From a virus: a DNA stretch of 18,053 nt. The position numbers were made by a program, and so were the translations under genes. How positions within the stretch are numbered: the stretch's first letter is position 1; every line of letters starts with the position of its first letter. This document shows, in pieces, positions 1-6,705 of the stretch. Where the stretch lies: positions 1 to 18,053 of the IMG/VR virus record IMGVR_UViG_3300045988_162755, one strand, 5' to 3'. The notes under the pieces were generated by a model, which saw only the letters and a list, made by a program, of their open reading frames with translations, did no database searches and had not been told where the DNA came from.

Positions 1-235
1 GGGGGAGCGCACAAACTCCACAAGGGAGAAACAGCACGGCAGGGGCGACAGCACAGTGCAGGGGGAGCGCACAAACTCCACAAGGGAGAAACAGGCACAG
101 TGCAGGGGGAGCGCACAAGCTCCACAAGGGTGAAACAGCACGGCAGGGGCGACAGCACAGTGCAGAAAAGCGCACAAGCTCCGCAGGACGGCAAGAGCGA
201 CAGCTCAGGAAAGCAGGAACGAGGGCGGCAGGCTC
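1..235. repeat. GC-rich tandem repeat array, ~60-bp unit (copies 1-60, 61-104 with a 16-bp deletion, 105-164, then a degenerate copy to ~235)
   Basis: Direct reading: the unit gggggagcgcacaa(a/g)ctccacaaggg(a/t)gaaacag[cacggcaggggcgacag]cacagtgca repeats head-to-tail. The segment is about 60% GC against roughly 37% for the rest of the window. It is exactly mirrored at 17819..18053. Confidence 0.8.
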
Positions 236-442
236 TCAGAAGTTGCGACTTTGGCGGTCATTGTTTTGGAAGCCTATTATTAAGTTATCATTCAGCGTTG
301 CAAGGTATGCGTTGACCTGCTCCAGTTCCTTGCGCATTTCACGTGCTTCAAACCATGTTCCAATGATTGATATGATTATCAGTATAAATACGATTAGCCC
401 GGCTATAAACCAAAATGTTAAGGTTGTTAATACCGCTTCCAT
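236..442 (-). CDS. small membrane protein (68 aa: N-terminal TM helix, charged coiled C-terminus) co-oriented just downstream of the XRE regulator
   Basis: ORF track. The mirror copy 17612..17818 has a strong RBS, aaggagg, 8 nt upstream of its ATG. Hydrophobic stretch FWFIAGLIVFILIIISIIG. Confidence 0.55.
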   Translation of the reverse strand: MEAVLTTLTFWFIAGLIVFILIIISIIGTWFEAREMRKELEQVNAYLATLNDNLIIGFQNNDRQSRNF

Positions 443-790
443 TTACTTTTCCTCCTTGATTTTGATAACAGCCTTAGGGCTGTTTTTCTGTGTTATGTTG
501 TATTTTCCGTTGCTTTGCTCCTTGTATCCTCTGCCGCGCTTGTCATTTGTCAATCCTGCTATATAGTCAATGCTCACATCATAAAAAATCGCAAGCTTTA
601 TTACTCTTTCAAATGGGATTGGTCTTACGCCGTTTTCATACTTGGCATAATATGATTGCTCTGTCCCTAGTATTCTTGCCACATCTTCTTGGCTTAAATC
701 TTTGTCCTCTCTGAGGTCTTTCAACCTTGGATAATAATTTGTACTAATTTTTGTCACTCCTTTGTTGTTACACTTTTGGTTATTTATCAT
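443..790 (-). CDS. XRE-family helix-turn-helix transcriptional regulator (phage repressor-like)
   Basis: Canonical HTH_XRE signature ...LKDLREDKDLSQEDVARILGTEQSYYAKYENGVRPIPFERVIKLAIFYDVSIDYIAG. The exact start is uncertain, because the N-terminal ~25 aa upstream of the HTH are unusual. Confidence 0.75.
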   Translation of the reverse strand: MINNQKCNNKGVTKISTNYYPRLKDLREDKDLSQEDVARILGTEQSYYAKYENGVRPIPFERVIKLAIFYDVSIDYIAGLTNDKRGRGYKEQSNGKYNITQKNSPKAVIKIKEEK

Positions 791-837
791 AATTTAATTA
801 CCTTAATTTTGTTTAAGTAAACAAATTATATCACAAG

Positions 838-911
838 TGACCTTAAAAGTCTTGACAATAGGCTATATGTGACCTATAATGCTAATTGTAGGTTACATAT
901 GACCTAAACGC
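838..911. promoter_or_regulatory. Divergent promoter/operator region: rightward consensus promoter TTGACA(852-857)-17 nt-TATAAT(875-880); leftward promoter with extended -10 (TGaTATAAT on the minus strand); three TGACCT-containing operator-like half sites
   Basis: Direct reading. The -35 and -10 are perfect consensus hexamers with 17-nt spacing. The near-palindrome atatgtgacct...aggttacatat overlaps the -10. TGACCT motifs lie at ~842, ~870 and ~901. Confidence 0.6.
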
Positions 912-956
912 AAAGTAAAGGTGAGCGGATAACCTCAACCGCAGAAAGGAAAAAAC

Positions 957-1262
957 ATGAGAGGAATACTTATAGGAGCAATCCACAAGAAAGGCACATT
1001 TACGGACGATAACGGAAAATCAATCGACTATGACAACTTGGTGCTACAGGTGCAAAAGCCTATAGAAAACAAGTTGGCAGATGATTCAAATTTCGTTCAG
1101 GGTGTCGGTTACACTATCGCCAATGACTGCAAGTGTGCTTGGAGCGAAAGAGGAAACGTGTTCGGCAAAGATGTGTCTATGAAAGATATCGGAGAACTTG
1201 TCGGAACGGAAATCCAGTATTTCTACAACGATAAGAAGAAGCTTGAAGCGGTCATTATCTAA
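957..1262 (+). CDS. hypothetical 101-aa protein, the first gene of the structural operon; possibly the ssDNA-binding protein (gene V analogue), by position only
   Basis: RBS aaagga 7 nt before the ATG. The position (first gene after the regulatory region, upstream of the coat genes) matches gene V in inovirus gene order. No sequence motif supports this. Confidence 0.3.
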   Translation: MRGILIGAIHKKGTFTDDNGKSIDYDNLVLQVQKPIENKLADDSNFVQGVGYTIANDCKCAWSERGNVFGKDVSMKDIGELVGTEIQYFYNDKKKLEAVII

Positions 1263-1274
1263 GGGGGCTTGAAC

Positions 1275-1448
1275 ATGACAGTATACGCACTTTATTTTTG
1301 CTTGGTGGTGGCGCTTGCCCTGTTTTATTGCCTTACTCGTTGCTTTAAGGCAATTGATAAGAAAAATAAAGAAATTTCTAAACTGCAGTTCCGTGTTAAG
1401 GAACTGGAGCGGCAGGCTCAGGGAATTGAGGTTGTGGGCGTTGAATGA
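1275..1448 (+). CDS. small membrane protein, 57 aa (TM helix plus coiled-coil tail); possible minor virion or assembly protein
   Basis: Not in the ORF track, which lists only ORFs of 60 aa or more. ATG at 1275 is preceded by the RBS aaggggg at 7 nt. Translation MTVYALYFCLVVALALFYCLTRCFKAIDKKNKEISKLQFRVKELERQAQGIEVVGVE. Confidence 0.5.
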   Translation: MTVYALYFCLVVALALFYCLTRCFKAIDKKNKEISKLQFRVKELERQAQGIEVVGVE

Positions 1449-1665
1449 TGTCACTTCTTCACAAATTGATGTATCGTCTGTTTCTACCTCTGAGCAGACT
1501 GATGAATATACTATGTCGGCTGTTATCGAAAATCAGCACACTATAATCAATAATCAAAATATTACAATTTCATATTTAGGCACTATATGCTTTTTGATAA
1601 CAATATCTATCGGTATTTATCTTGTCATCAAGTTTGGCAAGTGGATATATAGCTTAATTAATTAA
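1441..1665 (+). CDS. small membrane protein (acidic, Ser/Thr-rich N-terminus and a C-terminal TM helix); alternative shorter start at ATG 1513
   Basis: C-terminal part of ORF 1315..1665. A TTG at 1441 is preceded by GAGGT (1428-1432) at 8 nt and overlaps the upstream stop, consistent with translational coupling. TM helix YLGTICFLITISIGIYLVIKFGKW. Confidence 0.35.
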   Translation: MNDVTSSQIDVSSVSTSEQTDEYTMSAVIENQHTIINNQNITISYLGTICFLITISIGIYLVIKFGKWIYSLIN

Positions 1666-1682
1666 GAAAGGAGAATGTGTTA

Positions 1683-1871
1683 ATGAATCCTGTTTCTACA
1701 ACTGCAGAAGGTGGCAATACTCTCGTAAATGTCGGTGAACTTATGAAACAGTTCGCTAACTCTGCTATTCAGGGCGTTTCCGATTCTATCGTCGCTCTTA
1801 TCCCTGTGATAACTCTGACAACTGTAATCGGCATTGCTATCAGAATGTTCAAAAAGTACGTAAAGGCGTAA
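1683..1871 (+). CDS. inovirus major coat protein (pVIII-like), 62 aa
   Basis: RBS aaggag 9 nt upstream of ATG 1683; the ORF track starts at GTG 1677. Classic architecture: polar N-terminus, hydrophobic helix SIVALIPVITLTTVIGIAI, basic C-terminus RMFKKYVKA (compare M13 ...IKLFKKFTSKAS). Followed directly by a strong terminator. Confidence 0.8.
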   Translation: MNPVSTTAEGGNTLVNVGELMKQFANSAIQGVSDSIVALIPVITLTTVIGIAIRMFKKYVKA

Positions 1872-1886
1872 GCCTGATAGCAACGA

Positions 1887-1918
1887 GGGCAGTTCATTCA
1901 GTGAACTGCCCTTTTATT
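1887..1918 (+). terminator. rho-independent terminator after the major coat gene
   Basis: Stem gggcagttca / tgaactgccc (10-11 bp) with a short loop, followed by ttttatt. Confidence 0.8.
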
Positions 1919-1941
1919 ATGCTAATTTTTAAGGGGGAATT

Positions 1942-2193
1942 ATGATAAATAGAAAACTATTTCATATAATTAACTTTATGCTTTGTATGCTTGATACTTG
2001 GCTTTTCATTGCCCCCTTTATAGTTTTTCATGTAATTACTTTTAATAGTATAATTTCATATCCCTTTACTACACCTAAACAAACTGCTTTATTTGGATTT
2101 ACTTTGTCTTTTCTTTTGGAGTTTATTATACATCATCTTATTTTTTCTGTTTGTCATCTTGTTGATTATTTTAGAAAGGAGAAAAAAATATGA
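1942..2193 (+). CDS. 83-aa polytopic membrane protein (2-3 TM helices)
   Basis: RBS aaggggg before the ATG. The stop overlaps the pIII start (ATGA). Hydrophobic throughout. Confidence 0.6.
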   Translation: MINRKLFHIINFMLCMLDTWLFIAPFIVFHVITFNSIISYPFTTPKQTALFGFTLSFLLEFIIHHLIFSVCHLVDYFRKEKKI

Positions 2194-3764
2194 AAACAAA
2201 ACTTCGGCGGCTTTTGTCAATCTTCTCTGCTATGGTGCTTATGGTCTGCTGTGCCGTCCCTGCGTTTGCTGATGATGTTAGCGGTGGTGGTTCGTCTAGT
2301 AACGTTATTCGTGTGAAACGATTTTCACAAATGATTGATTATGCAAAAAATAACAATATTGATATTGAAAATTCTCATTATATTATGACATATTCTGAGG
2401 ATAGTTCACAGTATTATTGGTGGTATTACATTTTCTTTCTTCCTGATGATATTTTGGTTAATGATACATTAATTCTTACACATGGTCGCTATTCATCATC
2501 TTTTACTAATTCTTTTATTAAGGCTCGTGTTTCTGACTATGGTAACTCTGACATAGATGATTTAGAATATTGTGCTAATGTTGATGTATCTTCTTTTTCT
2601 TTATTTGTTGATGATGATGAACAATCACATTCTTATCCTAATCACATCTTTAAATCTAATATTAAAATAACTAACAACGGCGATGATATAACACCTTCTG
2701 ATCCTTCCGCCCCACCAGTTCCCTTTACTGTCGATTATTCCCCTGCTCTCTCTGAGGGCATGAGTCGTAAGGGTACACTTGTTGCTCCGGGTGCAAGTAA
2801 TGACGGACAGGAAATTGAAAGCAATGGTCTTAACGTCCGTGTCACACTAACGGACGAATTTTTAAAACTCCGTGACAGCTATGATGAACTTAAAGATTAT
2901 ACATATGAATTTGTATGTTATATTACTACTTCCCCGCCTGAAAAGTCGTCTTATGAAGAAAGCGTTAAAAACGCTGTTTATACTTCTTTGGACTATGGCA
3001 AATATATGTATACTACAAGCGGCGTTGTTGATGATGTTACGGACGACAATAAAGAGCCTGCAGAATGGATAAAGGCAGAGGGCATAAATGCAGGTTACAT
3101 TATTGGTAAGGGTGGCTCTGTCAAGAATGTTACTATCAATCTTGAAAATCTTGATAGTTCACAGTTCACAGCCGATACAAAGCTTTATATCGTGGTATAT
3201 GGTCGCTTGACCTCTCTTTCAGTTCCTACTCCTGATTACTTTGACCTTGATAATCAAGGTTATTTGTGCAATCAAGGTTCTTTGAATACAAAGCAGATTG
3301 TAACAGTAAATGCTGACCCCGAAACAGGCGAGGGAACAGACGTTGTAATGCCTGATTACTATTGTGTAACGTCAACGGCATTTAATTATAAAGATTATCC
3401 TGAATATAAGCCGAAAATCTTCAAGAATGGTGCTGAAATGGATACAAACAAGCCGTTTACTGATTATCTTGATAAGAAGTTGACCCCTGATTATATGTAT
3501 GATTATGATATGGATAAAAACGGAGAAAGCGGTCTTGCTCCTGACGATTTCAAGAAATATGAGGAACAAAAAAAGCTTGATGAGAATTTCGGTTCTTTCG
3601 ATTTCGGACTTGACAGCATTAAATCAGTGTTTGACGGCTCGTCCGATTTTTTCAAATTCTTAACCGCAAGTATAGGTATCTTGCCCACAACGTTTTTAAC
3701 TATTCTGATTTCGTTTTTCGTTATCATGTTAGCAATATGCGTTGTTAAATGGGTCTTGAAATAG
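2190..3764 (+). CDS. pIII-like minor coat / adsorption protein, variant 1 (524 aa): signal peptide plus C-terminal membrane anchor
   Basis: RBS aaaggag. Signal peptide MKTKLRRLLSIFSAMVLMVCCAVPAFA|DD. C-terminal TM FLTASIGILPTTFLTILISFFVIMLAICVV. Large secreted middle part. The position after the major coat gene matches inovirus gene III. Confidence 0.6.
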   Translation: MKTKLRRLLSIFSAMVLMVCCAVPAFADDVSGGGSSSNVIRVKRFSQMIDYAKNNNIDIENSHYIMTYSEDSSQYYWWYYIFFLPDDILVNDTLILTHGRYSSSFTNSFIKARVSDYGNSDIDDLEYCANVDVSSFSLFVDDDEQSHSYPNHIFKSNIKITNNGDDITPSDPSAPPVPFTVDYSPALSEGMSRKGTLVAPGASNDGQEIESNGLNVRVTLTDEFLKLRDSYDELKDYTYEFVCYITTSPPEKSSYEESVKNAVYTSLDYGKYMYTTSGVVDDVTDDNKEPAEWIKAEGINAGYIIGKGGSVKNVTINLENLDSSQFTADTKLYIVVYGRLTSLSVPTPDYFDLDNQGYLCNQGSLNTKQIVTVNADPETGEGTDVVMPDYYCVTSTAFNYKDYPEYKPKIFKNGAEMDTNKPFTDYLDKKLTPDYMYDYDMDKNGESGLAPDDFKKYEEQKKLDENFGSFDFGLDSIKSVFDGSSDFFKFLTASIGILPTTFLTILISFFVIMLAICVVKWVLK

Positions 3765-3774
3765 GGGGTTCAAA

Positions 3775-3942
3775 ATGGATTGGTTTTCACTTATGAAGTC
3801 GCTGTTTGTATCAATACAACACTTGATGTGCTTGCGTATTCGTTTCGGTGAATTTAGTTTTACAGTAGGTGCAATGATTATAGGATTGTTTGTTATATCC
3901 TGCTCCGTTGCCCTGTTACGTTATCTTTTCCACAATACATAA
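3775..3942 (+). CDS. small membrane protein, 55 aa (possible pVI-like virion or assembly component)
   Basis: Not in the ORF track. RBS aggggg 8 nt before ATG 3775. Translation MDWFSLMKSLFVSIQHLMCLRIRFGEFSFTVGAMIIGLFVISCSVALLRYLFHNT. Confidence 0.45.
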   Translation: MDWFSLMKSLFVSIQHLMCLRIRFGEFSFTVGAMIIGLFVISCSVALLRYLFHNT

Positions 3943-3954
3943 GGAGTTGTTAAA

Positions 3955-4200
3955 ATGGTTGCAATATTAAAATTATTCGTCCTGTCACTGATAGTAATTC
4001 TTGCTATCAGTGCAGTTCTTGGCTTGGTGGCGTTCTTTATGGACTTGCACGCCTTTAAATCTGATAAAGACTTGTCGCTCCCTCGTAAACGGCTTATTGA
4101 AGCATTATTTGAGGAACAAGAGTTAAAAAAGCAATCGACTGAACAGCCACAGAACACGCCACAGATTGACAAGCAAGAGCCTGAGAAAGTGAGGTGGTAA
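3955..4200 (+). CDS. 81-aa membrane protein (N-terminal TM, charged C-terminal tail)
   Basis: RBS aaggag 8 nt upstream. TM VAILKLFVLSLIVILAISAVLGLVAFF. Confidence 0.55.
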   Translation: MVAILKLFVLSLIVILAISAVLGLVAFFMDLHAFKSDKDLSLPRKRLIEALFEEQELKKQSTEQPQNTPQIDKQEPEKVRW

Positions 4201-4400
4201 ATGTGTTATATGATGTTCAAAATGCCTGTTATCAGTTGCTAAAGCTTCTTGGCTGTGATCTCGCCGCTATTGACGTTATTAAAACTTGGAAGCAATTCGG
4301 TGTGCTTTGCATTGAATTTGTGTTTGCCTGTTTAATGCTTTTCCTGCTTTGGAAAATGCTTTATAATGCTATGATACGTTTCTTCAACCCTCGGAGGTAG
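4194..4400 (+). CDS. 68-aa hydrophobic protein (start GTG 4194 or GTG 4203)
   Basis: ORF track. gaggtgg lies just upstream of GTG 4203. The gene is tightly packed between its neighbours. Confidence 0.4.
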   Translation: MVNVLYDVQNACYQLLKLLGCDLAAIDVIKTWKQFGVLCIEFVFACLMLFLLWKMLYNAMIRFFNPRR

Positions 4401-4403
4401 CTT

Positions 4404-5201
4404 ATGATTTTATTAGATTATTTCGTTCGTCTGCCGTCCTTGGCGGCTTATACTGCCTATGATAAGGCTACGGCTTTATATTTTAATTGGTCGCAGATTT
4501 TCAACGGTTGGGGTATTCACCTTTTTGTCGGTAAATTCGGAGCAGGTAAGACCTCGCTTATGGTCGCTGAAGCTTATGAACTCTGTTGTAAATATCCTCA
4601 GCTTCACATACTAACAAACATTAATATTAAAAATTTCCCCGACTATACGGAGATATTACCCTTGAACACTGCACAAGATATACTCAACGCCCCTAAAAAC
4701 ACGCTTGTACTTATTGATGAAATAGGTACTATATTTAATAGCCGTGACTTTTCGGGCGGTAAATGTGCCGTTCCTAAACCGTTATTTCAGCACCTTTGCC
4801 AATGCCGTAAACGGCGTATGATGATATATGCAACAGTGCAGAGATTTAACCTCTTAGACAAACAAATTAGAGATATTACCGCAGACGTGACCGCTTGCCA
4901 TACGCATTTCAAACACCCATTTTGCCGTATACAGACAGGCTATACATATGACATTGAAGAATACGAACTCTATGCGGAAAATAAGGCTTATACACCTGCA
5001 CAGATGTACAATAGAACGTATCTACAGACAAATAAACGCCGTGAGCTTTATGATACATCACAGCTTGTCACAAATATGCTTTCAAAAGAGTATCTCAGTG
5101 ATGAAGAAATACTCTCCAATCGTGAGGGCATAGAGCCTAACACACAGCCACTTGACCGAAAGCAACGCAAATCTATTCGCAAGCGGAAAAATGCTTGGTA
5201 A
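4404..5201 (+). CDS. Zot-like P-loop NTPase (filamentous-phage assembly/morphogenesis protein, pI-like), variant 1
   Basis: Walker A FVGKFGAGKTSL near the N-terminus. Walker B LVLIDEIGT. The position after the pIII/pVI-like genes matches inovirus gene I / Zot. Confidence 0.65.
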   Translation: MILLDYFVRLPSLAAYTAYDKATALYFNWSQIFNGWGIHLFVGKFGAGKTSLMVAEAYELCCKYPQLHILTNINIKNFPDYTEILPLNTAQDILNAPKNTLVLIDEIGTIFNSRDFSGGKCAVPKPLFQHLCQCRKRRMMIYATVQRFNLLDKQIRDITADVTACHTHFKHPFCRIQTGYTYDIEEYELYAENKAYTPAQMYNRTYLQTNKRRELYDTSQLVTNMLSKEYLSDEEILSNREGIEPNTQPLDRKQRKSIRKRKNAW

Positions 5202-5206
5202 CGAAA

Positions 5207-5244
5207 CAACTCGCAGTGGTTGCCGTGAGGCTCACTGCGAGTTG
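5207..5244. terminator. bidirectional terminator hairpin between convergent genes
   Basis: Perfect 12-bp stem caactcgcagtg / cactgcgagttg with a 14-nt loop, flanked by T-rich sequence on both strands. Confidence 0.6.
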
Positions 5245-5468
5245 TTGTTGTCTTTGTTGTTAATCATCAGCAGATTGCTATTAACTGTGTTCTGCTGTAT
5301 CTGTCTTAATAATTCCGTTTGTTTCTCTTCTTCTCGTCTTATCGCTTTGCTGTTACCTGCTGTTTCAAATATAGCACATATCAACAGTATCACAATGACT
5401 ATTTTCACGATAAGTATAACAACGCCCATTGACGTCATAGCGTCCAACGCCGTGAATATTTCTTCCAT
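5232..5468 (-). CDS. 78-aa membrane protein (N-terminal TM, polar C-terminus), co-transcribed downstream of the RHH gene
   Basis: RBS gaggggtgag just upstream of the ATG. TM MGVVILIVKIVIVILLICAIF. Confidence 0.55.
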   Translation of the reverse strand: MEEIFTALDAMTSMGVVILIVKIVIVILLICAIFETAGNSKAIRREEEKQTELLRQIQQNTVNSNLLMINNKDNNNSQ

Positions 5469-5472
5469 ACTC

Positions 5473-5697
5473 TCACCCCTCGTCTGTATGTGTCTTTATT
5501 ACAATGTGGCTGTCCTCTGCGGATTTTATCTCATCAGTGATAACCTTTTTGAGATATCCTGCTTTTGATAAACCAAGCTCTTTTGCTCGGTCATTTATCA
5601 TCTGATTAAACCCCTTTGGAGCATAAAACTGTATTTTTTCGAGATTTTCTGCGTTCCATTTTGCATTTGCTTTCTTCTTGGCTTCTGATACCGCCAT
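5473..5697 (-). CDS. ribbon-helix-helix (CopG/Arc-like) DNA-binding protein
   Basis: Strong RBS aaggtggtgaggt. RHH-type pattern: N-terminal beta-strand segment (KIQFYAPKG) followed by two helices (NQMINDRAKELGLSKAGYLKKVI). Similar in pattern to the 59-aa protein at 10372..10551. Confidence 0.55.
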   Translation of the reverse strand: MAVSEAKKKANAKWNAENLEKIQFYAPKGFNQMINDRAKELGLSKAGYLKKVITDEIKSAEDSHIVIKTHTDEG

Positions 5698-5713
5698 TAC
5701 CTCACCACCTTTT

Positions 5714-5835
5714 CTACATTATACTATATCTATTGTAATTTGTCAACCACAATATACACTATATCCAGTTAATAATTATTTAATAAATACTTTACACTAT
5801 ATCCATTGCACATGGACTAGATATAGTGTATACTT
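5714..5835. promoter_or_regulatory. AT-rich regulatory region with three copies of the ACACTATATC motif (two direct at ~5755 and ~5796, one inverted at ~5821-5832); candidate RHH operator
   Basis: Direct reading: atacactatatccagtta, tttacactatatccattgca, ctagatatagtgtatac. Confidence 0.45.
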
Positions 5836-5892
5836 AATACAGACAAAGGGAAAGCGGTTATCCCACAAACCGCAGAAGAAAGGGTGTTTAAA

Positions 5893-6153
5893 ATGACTAT
5901 TTCAAATTACTATGTTCGTGAGTATCTTCGCCTTTATCGTGAATATCGTAAAGTAATTAATATATTTGATGCTTTTCTTTTGTATGGGAAAATAGAATAC
6001 ACCCTCGGTGAGTTGCGGAGAGATCTTTCTCTTGACTATCAATTTCACTGTGCCCTTCATGATAGGCTCTTTAATCTTTCTTGCCGTACTTGTGAAAAGT
6101 TCGGTCGTACTTGTGAAAAGTTCGGTAAACTTAAATCTCAGAATAATTTCTGA
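5893..6153 (+). CDS. hypothetical protein (86 aa) carrying a perfect in-frame 21-bp tandem duplication (RTCEKFG x2)
   Basis: ATG 5893; the ORF track starts at GTG 5884. The unit cgtacttgtgaaaagttcggt is duplicated at 6085-6105 and 6106-6126. Confidence 0.45.
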   Translation: MTISNYYVREYLRLYREYRKVINIFDAFLLYGKIEYTLGELRRDLSLDYQFHCALHDRLFNLSCRTCEKFGRTCEKFGKLKSQNNF

Positions 6154-6181
6154 TTTTTTTCTAAACTGAAAGGAGATTTTT

Positions 6182-6388
6182 ATGAAAAATAAATTTTACA
6201 CTGAGCAAAAGCACAGAGAAACTATGAATTCTGTTGATATGCTCGAAGGTCTTATTAATCGTATGTGCGTTACTAATGATGTCGATGAATTACGTCATCT
6301 TCTGACTTCTTCAATGTGTAGTTTGTCTGAATTATATGTTGTTGAGCGTGAAAAACTCAAAGAACGTATTTCTCAGAATGATTTCTGA
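6182..6388 (+). CDS. hypothetical protein (68 aa)
   Basis: RBS aaaggag 8 nt upstream. Its C-terminus ...ISQNDF and 3' flank resemble those of the preceding gene (...KSQNNF). Confidence 0.45.
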   Translation: MKNKFYTEQKHRETMNSVDMLEGLINRMCVTNDVDELRHLLTSSMCSLSELYVVEREKLKERISQNDF

Positions 6389-6436
6389 TTTTTCTATCTG
6401 TAAAATCTATCATGCGAACGGCTGGGGGTGAATTGC

Positions 6437-6545
6437 GAATTGTTGGAATTGTTGGAATGTTGGAAACAACAGCTTACAGGTTTTCAACATTTCAATGATT
6501 TCAATGATTCACAAGAGGGGAACGCCGTTCAAGATTTCCCCTTTT
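6437..6545. promoter_or_regulatory. iteron-like direct repeats (ttgttggaa x2 plus tgttggaa; atttcaatg x2) and a hairpin (aggggaa/ttcccct, 6516-6542) upstream of the Rep origin
   Basis: Direct reading of 6437-6545. Confidence 0.5.
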
Positions 6546-6578
6546 CACTTCCCTCTCGGCGTTCTGCTATACTCTTAT

Positions 6579-6608
6579 GAAGTCGGGGTTAGTATTACCC
6601 CCGACTTC
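6579..6608 (+). other. candidate rolling-circle replication origin (nick-site stem-loop): 10-bp stem GAAGTCGGGG / CCCCGACTTC with loop TTAGTATTAC, containing the nonanucleotide TAGTATTAC (6590-6598)
   Basis: Direct reading. TAGTATTAC is the canonical circovirus/nanovirus CRESS origin nonamer. Flanking direct repeats TTCTGCACA / TTGCACAA at 6606-6690. It sits immediately upstream of the HUH-SF3 Rep gene. Confidence 0.7.
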
Positions 6609-6705
6609 TGCACATTGCACAAAGTTTATAAATCTGCGTATCTACGTTATTAATCTTGTGCGAAAATATTTGCACAACTTCTGCACAAAAGGTGGTGATG
6701 TTAAT

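Noticed and set aside
1-235. Possible CRISPR array at the window edge (repeated ~37-bp core separated by short unique-looking segments)
   Set aside because: The spacers would be only ~17 bp and are identical between copies. One copy simply lacks the block. Overall this is a decaying ~60-bp tandem repeat, not a repeat-spacer architecture, and there are no cas genes.
100-315. 71-aa ORF (plus strand) running through the GC-rich repeats
   Set aside because: It lies entirely within the tandem repeat, has no RBS, and is a composition-driven open frame. The mirror copy is likewise unsupported.
243-566. 107-aa ORF (plus strand) antisense to the XRE regulator and its partner gene (mirror 17488..17811)
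   Set aside because: It is fully antisense to two well-supported minus-strand genes, has no RBS, and its low-complexity hydrophobic translation is typical of antisense frames.
5152-5568. 138-aa ORF (plus strand) spanning the bidirectional terminator and the antisense of the 78-aa and RHH genes
   Set aside because: It reads through a strong terminator hairpin and is antisense to RBS-supported genes. It is likely spurious.
6577-6705. N-terminal extension of Rep starting at ATG 6577 (the 442-aa version)
   Set aside because: The extension would be translated through the origin stem-loop and iterons and has no RBS. ATG 6706 has an aaaggtgg RBS and places HUH motif I at the expected residues 10-15.
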